64,000 nucleotides of DNA. Source: an uncultured Planctomycetales bacterium (lineage in GTDB: Bacteria > Omnitrophota > Gorgyraeia > Zapsychrales > Fredricksoniimonadaceae). The translations under genes were made by a program, and so were the position numbers. How positions within the stretch are numbered: the first letter of the stretch is position 1; each line of letters begins with the position of its first letter. Shown piece by piece: positions 38,190 to 47,288 of the stretch. The stretch lies in the NCBI GenBank assembly GCA_964572155.1, contig CAZNDZ010000001.1, forward strand, positions 1,146,786 to 1,210,785, written 5' to 3'. The notes beneath the pieces were generated by a model. The model searched no databases. It had not been told where the DNA came from and saw only the letters and a program-made list of their open reading frames with translations.

Positions 38190-39722
38190 ATGGCAAGTGG
38201 CAAGCGTATAGGATTCTATTTATCAGAGTCCAAATTCTATTTTGTTGAATCTTCCGATAATAACCTATTGCGGGTTATTGCTTCTTTGCCATTTCTTTCC
38301 GCAGAACAAAATTCTTCAGAAGATGTTCGTTTGATTGCTTCAATTCAAAAAACAATGCGCGAGCAAAACATCAATCAAAATGATGTGCGTTTTGCCATTC
38401 CTCAATCAGAAGTCATCATCCGTTCATTCTTAATCCCTGTGATGAAGCCAAGTGAGCTTAACGCGGTGGTCGATTATGAATTAAGAAAGCATATCCCATT
38501 TGATTTAAAGGAGTTTACGTATACATTTAATACCATAAACGTCGTCGATAATAAGGTAAAGAAGTTAAGGGTTTTGGTGTCTGCTGCCAGACAATTGTTA
38601 TTGGAGCGGCATGAGCAGATTTTAAATCAGGCAAAATTAAATGTCATTGTGAGCGAACCAGCCCCATTTGGTTTGGTCAGGGTATTGTTTGCTAAGAAAG
38701 TTATTAGTCCTTCAGCGCGTTTTGCGCTTGTTCATATAGGGCAAACGGTGGGTCGTATTTTATTTGTGCATGAAGGCATGGTTTTGTTTATCCGTGAATT
38801 TCAACTCAATCAAGGTGACATTCAGACCGATGCCCAACAAGAAGAAAATTTATTCAAGGCCCGTTTTGTCAACGAAATCCAAAACTCATTAGACTTCTTT
38901 ACCCGTGCCCATGAGCAAATGGCTGTGCAACAAATCATTATTTTAAGACAAGGTGATGAGAGGCCCTATGAGCAATGGTTGCAAGATGAAGTTACAATTC
39001 CTAAGAAAGTCGTTGATGTCACCGCATTGATTGGAACTCAGAATCCCGAAGACACGTCAGGTATTTTATACGCTTTTGGGGCATCATTAGCAGATCCAAG
39101 ATCGCCAACTATTTTTAATTTATCGCGTAAAGCTATTAAGAAAGCACCTGCGGTTAGTTTGTTGCCGGATGTTGATTTTAAAGAATATATGACCGCGATC
39201 AAGACAGCGGTTGTTGCGGTTGTTCTGTTGGCTTTGTTGTATTTCTTGTTTGCTTATAAAACATCTGAGTTACAAAAGACAAAAGATAGTTTAAGTTTAC
39301 AACAAGGTAATATGGCTGATCTTGCCACGGAAGATATTCAAAAGAAAGTCGATAAAAATAAAACGCGGTTAAAACAATATCGATCTATCGTAATAAAAAA
39401 TAAGGTCACTGATATCTTTGTAGATATAGGCAAGAGTATTCCTAAGGGTTTGTGGTTGACAAATTTGAATATTCGAAGCTTGGTGACCTCTGTCAAAGAG
39501 GGTGATGTATTAATTGCAAAAAGTGGATGGGAAGTTGCGTTTAATGCGATTGTTTATAACAAAGATCCGAATCAAGAAATACGCATTGTGAATACATTCA
39601 TGAGCAAGTTAAAGAAAGATAAACGCTTGGCGGAATTCTTTAAGAATGTCAGTTTGGTGAGCATGTTTCAACAAGAAATTAATGGTCATAAGGTTGTCTT
39701 AATCAATGTGAAGTGTAATTAA
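38190..39722 (+). CDS. Type IV filament assembly protein: a PilM-like actin-fold cytoplasmic domain fused via one TM helix (AVVAVVLLALLYFLFAY) to a PilN-like periplasmic domain. The architecture is GspL-like.
   Basis: Domain order read from the translation: about 330 aa cytoplasmic, then a TM, then about 150 aa of coiled-coil and periplasmic sequence. Alternative TTG start at 38154. Confidence 0.55.
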   Translation: MASGKRIGFYLSESKFYFVESSDNNLLRVIASLPFLSAEQNSSEDVRLIASIQKTMREQNINQNDVRFAIPQSEVIIRSFLIPVMKPSELNAVVDYELRKHIPFDLKEFTYTFNTINVVDNKVKKLRVLVSAARQLLLERHEQILNQAKLNVIVSEPAPFGLVRVLFAKKVISPSARFALVHIGQTVGRILFVHEGMVLFIREFQLNQGDIQTDAQQEENLFKARFVNEIQNSLDFFTRAHEQMAVQQIIILRQGDERPYEQWLQDEVTIPKKVVDVTALIGTQNPEDTSGILYAFGASLADPRSPTIFNLSRKAIKKAPAVSLLPDVDFKEYMTAIKTAVVAVVLLALLYFLFAYKTSELQKTKDSLSLQQGNMADLATEDIQKKVDKNKTRLKQYRSIVIKNKVTDIFVDIGKSIPKGLWLTNLNIRSLVTSVKEGDVLIAKSGWEVAFNAIVYNKDPNQEIRIVNTFMSKLKKDKRLAEFFKNVSLVSMFQQEINGHKVVLINVKCN

Positions 39723-39724
39723 CC

Positions 39725-40333
39725 ATGTTTGATCTTGAAAAACTAAAGAATTTTGATTATCAAAATATTGACTATAAAAAGTTATTAGAAACGCTTTTGA
39801 CCAAAAAAGATTTATTTGCATCGGTCATTATCGGTGGCGTTGCGCTTGTTTTACTCATAGGTTTGGCCAAGAATTTTTTTAGTCAAACAGCATCCATTAA
39901 TTCAGAAATTTCTTTGTTAAAAACAAAAATCGACGTGATTGCTGATTATGAGTCGAGCCATAAGCAGATCACAAAATTCCTAAAATCTGTTCCGTCGCCG
40001 TTAGACGAGGATTTGTTTTCTACAACTATTGCCGATATGGCTGCGACGAATAATGTGACGATTGTGTCATTTGTGCCGGGTGTAAAAAAAGAAGAAGAGC
40101 TTTCTAATACAATTTCAGCTGCGTTTGAGATTGAGGTTTTGAATTATCAGTCGTTGTTAATGTTTTTAAGTGCCCTTGAGAAAGCGCCACTGGCATTGAG
40201 GGTTGATAATTGTGTTGTAACAAATGCATCAACTCGAAACAGCATGATGGATGATATTAAAAAGAATCAAGACAAAGACCAGCAAACAATTTCAGTTCAT
40301 TTAGATTTAAGTTCTGTTGAGTTGAAAAAATGA
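39725..40333 (+). CDS. pilO: PilO/GspM-like inner-membrane assembly protein
   Basis: Short cytoplasmic N-terminus, one TM (VIIGGVALVLLIGL), then a coiled coil and C-terminal domain. Position after the PilM/N fusion. 202 aa. Confidence 0.5.
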   Translation: MFDLEKLKNFDYQNIDYKKLLETLLTKKDLFASVIIGGVALVLLIGLAKNFFSQTASINSEISLLKTKIDVIADYESSHKQITKFLKSVPSPLDEDLFSTTIADMAATNNVTIVSFVPGVKKEEELSNTISAAFEIEVLNYQSLLMFLSALEKAPLALRVDNCVVTNASTRNSMMDDIKKNQDKDQQTISVHLDLSSVELKK

Positions 40334-40767
40334 TAAAGATATTCTTATATAGCATTTTGTTCTCTACGCTTCTTTTGAGTGGTCGTGTTCAGGCAGAAGA
40401 GGATCGTGCCGTTGATACGCCCTTGGAAGATGATGTGGTTGATTTTCTAAAACTCGAAAATCCATTCTTGTCGCAATTACCTAAACAACAAATAATTAAA
40501 ACACCTGTTGAACAACCGAAACAAACAGATAATAATGTAAATAAGTTATTTAATGGAATACCACCCATTGAGCAAACCCCTGTGCTTTTACCAAACTTTG
40601 ATATTCAAGGTGTGGTATATGGGGTTAAAGATCCACAGGTCATTATCAATGACCAATCGTATGGGCTAAATGAATATGTGTTGGGCGCTCAAATTAAATC
40701 AATTAGTAAAAAAGGCATAACATTCTTATTTGGTGGGAGGGACTTTAGTGTTGCATTGGACAATTAA
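40330..40767 (+). CDS. pilP: PilP-like periplasmic protein with a signal peptide
   Basis: Signal peptide, low-complexity linker, C-terminal beta-domain (IQGVVYGVKDPQVIINDQSYGLNEYVLGAQIKSI). Lies upstream of the secretin. Confidence 0.5.
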   Translation: MIKIFLYSILFSTLLLSGRVQAEEDRAVDTPLEDDVVDFLKLENPFLSQLPKQQIIKTPVEQPKQTDNNVNKLFNGIPPIEQTPVLLPNFDIQGVVYGVKDPQVIINDQSYGLNEYVLGAQIKSISKKGITFLFGGRDFSVALDN

Positions 40768-42271
40768 GATAACGGTGCTGTTTTTATTAATTTTTCTTAT
40801 CCCTAATCAGTTTATTCTGGCAAGTTACGACTTGGCGGATAGCCATTTTATCAATCCTAAATTTTCTAAAAAGATTTCACTCGATTTTAAGAATGCCCCC
40901 TTGACGGAAGTGCTGAAAGTGTTTTCAAAACAAGCAGGCATGAACTTTGTTGCAAAAGTTGATATAAGCGCGATGCGTGTCACGATGTACCTAGACAATG
41001 TGCCTGTTGAAGAAGCGTTGGAGTATGTTTTGAGTTCTAATGATTTACAGTCAGAAGTGTTGACCGATGATAATACTTTTGCTGTTTCAAAGAAAAAAGA
41101 TACAAGTGCCCGAATGGTAACAAAAGTATTTAATCTAAAGCATGCTTCAGTGACCACATCTGCACTAAAAAATACGTTTTCATCATCTTCGTCATCGTCT
41201 TCTTCGTCTTCCTCATCATCTTCATCTGGTTCATCAGATGCTTTTAGTGTTGCATCGTTGGGGGGGATAGTTGATGCGGTTAAGATGGTGCTTACAAAAA
41301 ATGGCAGTTTAGTTGAAGATTCTAGAACTAATAGTTTGGTGATTACGGATTTAGAGAGTCAAATGCCTCTTATAGAAGAGACAATTAATAAGTTGGATGT
41401 TGTTGTTGCCCAAATTCTCATAGACGTAGATATGTTAGATATTTCAAAAGCAACATCAGACTTAATGGGCGCGAAGTGGGGAGATACAATATTTAATTTT
41501 CAAGGTGCGGCTAAGAACTCCGTCTTGCCTTTTAATGAATCAGCAATTTTAAAAAATGGTAAAGCAGATTTAACCTCGACATCTATTGGAACATTAAGCG
41601 ATAATTCAGGGGATAGTCCATATTCTGCAGGTAAGGTTGATTTTACAGGTATGAATGTGATTATGAATTTCTTAAGAACACGTACGGACACCAAGAACCT
41701 CGCTCGTCCAAGAATTCTAACATTGAATAATCAAATGGCTCAAATTCAAGTTTCTGCAAATGAAGCTGTTGGTACTAAAACCAATAATTTCTCAAGTACA
41801 AGTACAACGTCGAGCGTTGAAGCAGAACGTACGCAAACTGGTGTTTTTCTAACGGTGACGCCACAAGCAGATCTAGAAACACGAGAGATATTAATGGCAG
41901 TATATCCAAAAGTCATTCAGTCTCGAACTGGTGCGACGTTTGGTTCAACAACATATAAAGATGCTGAAGAGCGTGGTACAAAATCATTCTTGCGCGTCAA
42001 AGATGGAGAAACAATCATTTTAGGTGGCTTGCTACGTAACGATGATTCAAACACCATTACCAAAGTTCCTTTCTTAGGTGATATTCCTTTTCTAGGAAAT
42101 GCTTTTAAACATAAAAATCTTCAAGGAACAAAACGAGAACTAATTATTTTCTTAACCCCACATATCTTAGATGATTATCGCAGTTATCAAGATCAAATCA
42201 AGATGCATACGCCTCAGTTCCGTTGGGATGAAGTCAACAAAGCCATCGCTGAGATAGAAAAAGAAAACTAA
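40730..42271 (+). CDS. pilQ: Secretin of the PilQ/GspD family. The start is a TTG or GTG codon between 40730 and 40751. Contains a 16-residue poly-Ser tract.
   Basis: C-terminal secretin motifs (ETIILGGLL, VPFLGDIPFLGNAFK, LIIFLTPHIL). Secretin_N-like repeats. 513 aa. Confidence 0.85.
   Translation: MVGGTLVLHWTIKITVLFLLIFLIPNQFILASYDLADSHFINPKFSKKISLDFKNAPLTEVLKVFSKQAGMNFVAKVDISAMRVTMYLDNVPVEEALEYVLSSNDLQSEVLTDDNTFAVSKKKDTSARMVTKVFNLKHASVTTSALKNTFSSSSSSSSSSSSSSSSGSSDAFSVASLGGIVDAVKMVLTKNGSLVEDSRTNSLVITDLESQMPLIEETINKLDVVVAQILIDVDMLDISKATSDLMGAKWGDTIFNFQGAAKNSVLPFNESAILKNGKADLTSTSIGTLSDNSGDSPYSAGKVDFTGMNVIMNFLRTRTDTKNLARPRILTLNNQMAQIQVSANEAVGTKTNNFSSTSTTSSVEAERTQTGVFLTVTPQADLETREILMAVYPKVIQSRTGATFGSTTYKDAEERGTKSFLRVKDGETIILGGLLRNDDSNTITKVPFLGDIPFLGNAFKHKNLQGTKRELIIFLTPHILDDYRSYQDQIKMHTPQFRWDEVNKAIAEIEKEN
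41180..41236 (+). repeat. Serine tract ((TCN)16 GGT TCA TCA) inside the secretin gene.
   Basis: Read directly. Encodes S16-G-SS. Confidence 0.9.
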
Positions 42272-42277
42272 TATTTT

Positions 42278-44008
42278 ATGGCCCGCGCCCGCTTAGGTGA
42301 AATATTAATCAAGCAAGGCTTGGTTACCGAGAAGCAGCTGCAAGAAGCGATCAATGCCCAGAAAATTCAAAAAGCGCGCATTGGTGATGTTTTGCTTAAG
42401 TTAGGCATGATCAAAGAAGAGGATTTGGCAGCGGCGCTCGGTGCTCAGTTGTTAATCCCGTATGTCACCTATATGTCAGGTCTACTTAAGCCCAAGCAGG
42501 GCCAAGGCCTTGAAACTATCATTCCCCACGAGTTTGCTCAAAAAAACATTATCTTACCACTATCACGCAATGGTAATTCTTTAACATGTGCCGTATATGA
42601 TCCATTGGATTACTTGCTCCTTGATAACTTAAAGATTTTAACCAATTGTGAATTAAATCTAGTTATTGCCACTCGCAGCGATTTAGTGAAAGCCATCAAA
42701 GAGTTTTATTTGTTTGATGGTGGTTCTGAGAATAAAGGTGGGTTGTTAGATAAGGCTGTTGAGAGTTCATATGATTTTGATGCAGGAAATCCAGCGCCGA
42801 TAACATCAACATCGTCGGGAGATACTGAGCTTAGCATTGACAGCCTTGTTGCTAAAGCCGAAGAAGCGCCTGTTATTAAGCTAGTTGATTTGATCATTCG
42901 ACAAGCCATCGATGAGAAAGCCAGTGATATTCACATTGAGCCCTTCAAGGATAAAATTGAAATTCGATATCGTATCGACGGTGTTTTATATCAAATCCCA
43001 CCACCGGCAAATCATTTGCATTTACCCATAGTGTCGCGTATCAAAATTCTATCTAAAATGGATATTGCAGAGAAGCGTTTGCCTCAAGATGGTGCTATTT
43101 CAGCAAGACTGGAAGATCGTACGGTAGATTTGCGTGTGTCTACATTGCCCACGGTGTGGGGTGAAAAAGTTGTTTTGCGTATTTTGGATAAAGGTGCAAC
43201 AAAACTAGAACTTAGCCAATTAGGTTTTGATCAAAAACAATTGGGTTTAATTCGCAAAGCCTTGGAGTCTTCTTATGGTTTAGTTTTTGTCACGGGACCA
43301 ACAGGTAGCGGTAAATCAACCACCTTGTATTCAACGCTCAATGAAGTGCTTGACCCAACGAAGAATATCATGACAGCTGAAGATCCTGTTGAATTTAAAA
43401 TCGAAGGAATTAATCAAGTTGGGGTACGCAATGAAATTGGCTTAACCTTTGCAACCGCTCTTAAAGCATTTTTACGTCAAGATCCCGACATCATCATGGT
43501 CGGGGAAGTCCGTGATATTGAGACCGCGCAAATTTGTGTGCGTGCCGCTTTAACAGGTCACTTGGTTCTAAGTACATTACACACCAATGATGCGCCTTCG
43601 GCTGTAACCCGTTTGGTTGACATTGGTGTTCCTTATTATTTATTAACTCCTTCTTTGTTGCTCGTTATTGCGCAACGCTTGGCACGGAAATTATGTTCTA
43701 AATGCAAAGAACCCTACGAAGCTGCCGGCCAAATGGTTGGTGAATACAAGATCAAGGCGGATTTGATTTACAAAGCCAAGGGTTGTGAAGAATGTAATCA
43801 TAGTGGTTATAAGGGGCGTGTTGTTATTTCAGAAGTTATGTCATTAAATGATGAGATTAGGCGTTTAATGGCTCAAAGCGGCGCATATAGTGACATTCGA
43901 GATGCGGCTAGAAAGAACGGCATGGACACTTTATTTGAATCTGGGATGAAAAAAGTTGAAGAAGGTGTAACAAGTCTGGATGAAGTCTTAGGCATTGTTG
44001 CAGATTAG
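42278..44008 (+). CDS. pilB: Type IV filament assembly ATPase (PilB/GspE family)
   Basis: Walker A GPTGSGKSTT, Asp box, His box, tetra-Cys zinc motif (CSKC...CEEC), N-terminal GspE_N-like domain. 576 aa. Confidence 0.9.
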   Translation: MARARLGEILIKQGLVTEKQLQEAINAQKIQKARIGDVLLKLGMIKEEDLAAALGAQLLIPYVTYMSGLLKPKQGQGLETIIPHEFAQKNIILPLSRNGNSLTCAVYDPLDYLLLDNLKILTNCELNLVIATRSDLVKAIKEFYLFDGGSENKGGLLDKAVESSYDFDAGNPAPITSTSSGDTELSIDSLVAKAEEAPVIKLVDLIIRQAIDEKASDIHIEPFKDKIEIRYRIDGVLYQIPPPANHLHLPIVSRIKILSKMDIAEKRLPQDGAISARLEDRTVDLRVSTLPTVWGEKVVLRILDKGATKLELSQLGFDQKQLGLIRKALESSYGLVFVTGPTGSGKSTTLYSTLNEVLDPTKNIMTAEDPVEFKIEGINQVGVRNEIGLTFATALKAFLRQDPDIIMVGEVRDIETAQICVRAALTGHLVLSTLHTNDAPSAVTRLVDIGVPYYLLTPSLLLVIAQRLARKLCSKCKEPYEAAGQMVGEYKIKADLIYKAKGCEECNHSGYKGRVVISEVMSLNDEIRRLMAQSGAYSDIRDAARKNGMDTLFESGMKKVEEGVTSLDEVLGIVAD

Positions 44009-44020
44009 GGGTAAGGCTTT

Positions 44021-45244
44021 ATGCCAATGTTTTCATATGTAGCTAAAGATTCTAGTGGTAAGACCAAGAAAGACATGGTGGAATCTTTAAATGAGCAAAC
44101 CCTCATTGACCGATTGCAAAATGATGGGTATTTTATCATTTCAATTGCACCCGCGATTCAAAAAGAAGCACCAAAATCTGACCAACCAAAAGTTCAAGTA
44201 AGAAAATTCTCGCACAATAACGTTACACTAGAAGATCAGCTTGTTTTTGCCAGACAATTGGCAACCATGTTGGATTCAGGTGTTACGTTGATGCGTTCAT
44301 TAACGGTTATTGTGGATCAGGTGGAAAGTAAGAAGCTTTACGAGATCATCACGGATTTACGGAATAACGTTGAGCAAGGTAAAACGTTAAGTAGTTCTGT
44401 CGCTAAATATCCAAAAGTATTCTCTCAATTTTGGGTTAGTTTGATTGAAGTTGGGGAAGCGTCCGGTACCATGCCGATGGTTTTAGAGAAATTAACACAA
44501 TATACTGAACAGCAAGCCGCATTTAGATCAACCATTGTTTCTGCGCTTGTCTATCCTGGGGTTCTTTTTGTGATTTGTATGGGGGCGATCGTCTTTTTCG
44601 CATTATTTGTGGCGCCACGATTTGAAACAATTTTTACAACCATGCACGTTGAGCTTCCAGGATTAACGGTAGTTTTATTATTTGTTTTTAAGTTTGTAAA
44701 ATCAAATTTTCTCTTAATTATCGGAGCTTTTGTAGGGGCCTACTATTTTATAAAACAGTATTTAAGTACTCATTTGGGTAAGTTAACGTTTGAGCGGATC
44801 ATGTTTAATATGCCTGCTGTCGGTAAGATTTATAAGTTAATCATCGTTGAACGTTTTGCTGCACAAATGGCGATTCTCGTTGATAGTGGGGTACCTATCC
44901 TGTATGCCTTAGAGATCACGGAAAAATTAGTTGAGAATATCACCTGTTCTGTAATCGTGGCTCAAATTCGTGAGGCTGTGCGTGAAGGTAAGCTGTTGGC
45001 TGACCCAATGCAAGAAAGTGGGTTTTTCCCATCTATGGCGGTGCAAATGATCAAAGTAGGGGAAGAAACAGGTCAGCTTGGAAAAATGCTCAAACATGTG
45101 GCTGAATTCTATGAGCGTACAGTCCAAGAGTTTATGAAACGCATTGGTACAATCATTGAGCCAGTCATGCTTGTTTTTATGGGTGGAATCATTGGGACCA
45201 TTGTTTTGGCTATGTTCTTGCCAATGTTTAGTTTAACAGGCTAG
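44021..45244 (+). CDS. pilC: Inner-membrane platform protein (PilC/GspF family)
   Basis: Duplicated GspF domain with three TM segments, 407 aa, follows the ATPase. Confidence 0.85.
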   Translation: MPMFSYVAKDSSGKTKKDMVESLNEQTLIDRLQNDGYFIISIAPAIQKEAPKSDQPKVQVRKFSHNNVTLEDQLVFARQLATMLDSGVTLMRSLTVIVDQVESKKLYEIITDLRNNVEQGKTLSSSVAKYPKVFSQFWVSLIEVGEASGTMPMVLEKLTQYTEQQAAFRSTIVSALVYPGVLFVICMGAIVFFALFVAPRFETIFTTMHVELPGLTVVLLFVFKFVKSNFLLIIGAFVGAYYFIKQYLSTHLGKLTFERIMFNMPAVGKIYKLIIVERFAAQMAILVDSGVPILYALEITEKLVENITCSVIVAQIREAVREGKLLADPMQESGFFPSMAVQMIKVGEETGQLGKMLKHVAEFYERTVQEFMKRIGTIIEPVMLVFMGGIIGTIVLAMFLPMFSLTG

Positions 45245-45456
45245 GGCCAAAGCCCAGCGTAGCCAAAAGTAAAACATTACTGGCGAAGCTGGGTTGCAGA
45301 GGGGCAAAAAATATGTTATATTCGTTGCATAGTAGAAGTAATGATGATATAAAAACATTGTATAAAGGTAAACTATCCGCAAGGGTGGGGCACAAAGCTA
45401 TAGGGCCTGTTGATATAGGACAGGCAGCCAGTTACCAATGGAAAGCTGTAATGTGC

Positions 45457-45498
45457 ATCCATGCTGCGGAAAATAAATAACGCGGGATGGATTTTTTT
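45457..45498 (+). terminator. Terminator-like hairpin (12-bp stem with one mismatch and one G-U, 12-nt loop) followed by T7. It sits inside the 300-nt pilC-pilin spacer, about 50 nt before the pilin ATG.
   Basis: ATCCATGCTGCG ... CGCGGGATGGAT TTTTTTT, read directly. Confidence 0.4.
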
Positions 45499-45545
45499 AT
45501 TTTAAAACACATTTATTCATAACATAACAAAAAAAGGAGAGTTAC

Positions 45546-45992
45546 ATGAAATTAAGTAATAAACGCAATCAAGGGTTTACACTCATAGAAATCATCATCG
45601 TTATTGTCATCTTAGGTATCTTAGCAGCTATTGCCTTGCCAAAATTGACAGAAAACATTGACCGTGGTCGCGCAGCAGAAGCCTTCTCAATCGGTTCCTC
45701 TGTAGCTAAAGCATTTGATCGTTGTTTATCTGTTGAAACAGGTGGTGCAACGCCAAGTTCAACAAATGTGGGTAATTGTAATTCATTTGCTAAAATTAAT
45801 ATGGCAACACCTCCAGCCACTAATTTCACGTATTCTTTAGCTAGCTCTGGTACAACCTTGACATTCGGTGCTGTTGGCGCTTTCACTGGTGCTGCAGCAG
45901 CGGATTCAATCACATTTACATTCGTGGGTGATACAGGTGTTACAACAAGAACCTGCGGTACAGCAGGTAAGTTTGACAAAATGTGTAAATAG
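45546..45992 (+). CDS. pilA: Major type IV pilin / pseudopilin with a class III signal peptide (MKLSNKRNQG|FTLIEIIIVIVILGILAA)
   Basis: Prepilin peptidase site G|FTLIE with Glu+5, hydrophobic N-terminal helix, Ser/Thr/Gly-rich C-terminus. AGGAG SD. Confidence 0.85.
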   Translation: MKLSNKRNQGFTLIEIIIVIVILGILAAIALPKLTENIDRGRAAEAFSIGSSVAKAFDRCLSVETGGATPSSTNVGNCNSFAKINMATPPATNFTYSLASSGTTLTFGAVGAFTGAAAADSITFTFVGDTGVTTRTCGTAGKFDKMCK

Positions 45993-46020
45993 TTGAGTAC
46001 TGTTTCTTTCTTAGTGTGGT

Positions 46021-46055
46021 ACACGGGGCGAGTTTAACTCGCCTCGTGTTGTTTA
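46021..46055 (+). terminator. Hairpin downstream of the major pilin gene (12-bp stem ACACGGGGCGAG / CTCGCCTCGTGT, 5-nt loop) with a weak T-tract. Probably a partial terminator.
   Basis: Read directly. Confidence 0.4.
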
Positions 46056-46079
46056 GAGTGCAATAATCGAGGAGTATGT

Positions 46080-46505
46080 ATGTCTAAAAAGGGTTTTACG
46101 ATCATTGAAGTCATTATCGTTGTTGTCATGTTGGGCATCTTGGCCGCTGTTGCTATACCAAAAATCCTTGCCCCTAATGAAATAGTGATTTCATCTGAAG
46201 GGCAACATACGCTAACTGTTTTGTTAAGTGCTCAAAAAAGATATAAGTTAGAGAATAGTGCGTACACCACAACATTAGACAACCTTGATGTTTCCATAAC
46301 ACCAAAGTATTTTGACACGGTCACGGCATTAGATGGTTCGAGTGCAAAGACAGAAGTGGCGTCGCTTGCACGGATAAGTAATTTGGTATACACGCTGTCT
46401 ATTGGTGCGGAAGGTGCCAATGCAGGGATTATCTATTGTTCTGGTGCGGGTTGTACCTCTATTAAATGTACTAAAGGTGCGGGGAGCAATCAATGCAATC
46501 TATAA
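46080..46505 (+). CDS. Pilin-like protein 2 (MSKKG|FTIIEVIIVVVMLGILAAVAIPKI)
   Basis: Prepilin N-terminal motif and GAGGAG SD. 141 aa. Confidence 0.8.
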   Translation: MSKKGFTIIEVIIVVVMLGILAAVAIPKILAPNEIVISSEGQHTLTVLLSAQKRYKLENSAYTTTLDNLDVSITPKYFDTVTALDGSSAKTEVASLARISNLVYTLSIGAEGANAGIIYCSGAGCTSIKCTKGAGSNQCNL

Positions 46506-46918
46506 AAGCTTTTACAATGATTGAGCTGATCATGGTGGTTGTCATTATAGGTATGATGGCGCTGTTTGCTGTGCCAAATTATAATAAGTCTGTTGGTAAA
46601 ACATACGAGAAAGCGGGATCCAATAATCTATTAATCATGTATTCGGCGCAGAAGATTAAAAAGATTGGCGGGGAAAATTATCAGGCATGTAACAGTACAA
46701 GTACCTGTAATACGAATTTAAATTTGAGTCTTATCGCAAACGGTGTTGATTATTCCTGCACCACAACGGGTGGAGGAACGCCAACGGGCTTTTATTGTTA
46801 TGGGAATCGCTCGGATAATTCATTTAAGTTAAAAATAACAGAAACAGGTGGCACACCATGTTGTTGTACGGCAAATACGTGTCCATCAATCACCACAACT
46901 TGTGCAAGTTGTCCGTAG
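46493..46918 (+). CDS. Pilin-like protein 3 with a cysteine-rich C-terminus (MQSIKA|FTMIELIMVVVIIGMMALFAVP)
   Basis: Prepilin motif with Glu+5. 9 Cys in the last 90 aa, including CCC. 141 aa. Confidence 0.7.
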   Translation: MQSIKAFTMIELIMVVVIIGMMALFAVPNYNKSVGKTYEKAGSNNLLIMYSAQKIKKIGGENYQACNSTSTCNTNLNLSLIANGVDYSCTTTGGGTPTGFYCYGNRSDNSFKLKITETGGTPCCCTANTCPSITTTCASCP

Positions 46919-46925
46919 AAAAAAT

Positions 46926-47288
46926 ATGAACTTAAAGATGAACAATGCTGGTTTTTCTTTAGTTGAAGTCATCGTTGCTTCTGTTATTTTTTCTATTGCT
47001 GTTGTTGGTATTTATGCTTCTTTGTCCTCCGTTAAAGAGCAGTCACAAAATATTAGTGAAGTTGCTTTAGGTGCAGCGCTTTGTGCTCAACAATTTCTTG
47101 AGAGTAAGCGTGCGGCGGTTGATATGCGAGATTGGGGTTCAGGAGGCCAATTGGCCGTTACAGGAAGTGCTCAGAATGCCGCTGATTGCACTCAAACAAC
47201 CGGTGCTACAGCAACCACATATCATTTAACATATCTTATTACGGATGCAGGTAATGCAAGGAAAGCTACGGTTACAGTGACATGGTAA
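46926..47288 (+). CDS. Pilin-like protein 4 (MNLKMNNAG|FSLVEVIVASVIFSIAVVG). Start chosen at 46926, not the ORF-track start at 46848.
   Basis: Prepilin cleavage motif G|FSLVE. The upstream extension overlaps the preceding gene. Confidence 0.7.
   Translation: MNLKMNNAGFSLVEVIVASVIFSIAVVGIYASLSSVKEQSQNISEVALGAALCAQQFLESKRAAVDMRDWGSGGQLAVTGSAQNAADCTQTTGATATTYHLTYLITDAGNARKATVTVTW

Noticed and set aside
45281-45300. Possible sigma54 (-24/-12) promoter TGGCgaagctgggTTGCa upstream of the pilin gene
   Set aside because: The GG to GC spacing is 2 nt too long for the TGGCAC-N5-TTGC consensus. A second GGCAC at about 45388 lacks a correctly spaced TTGC.
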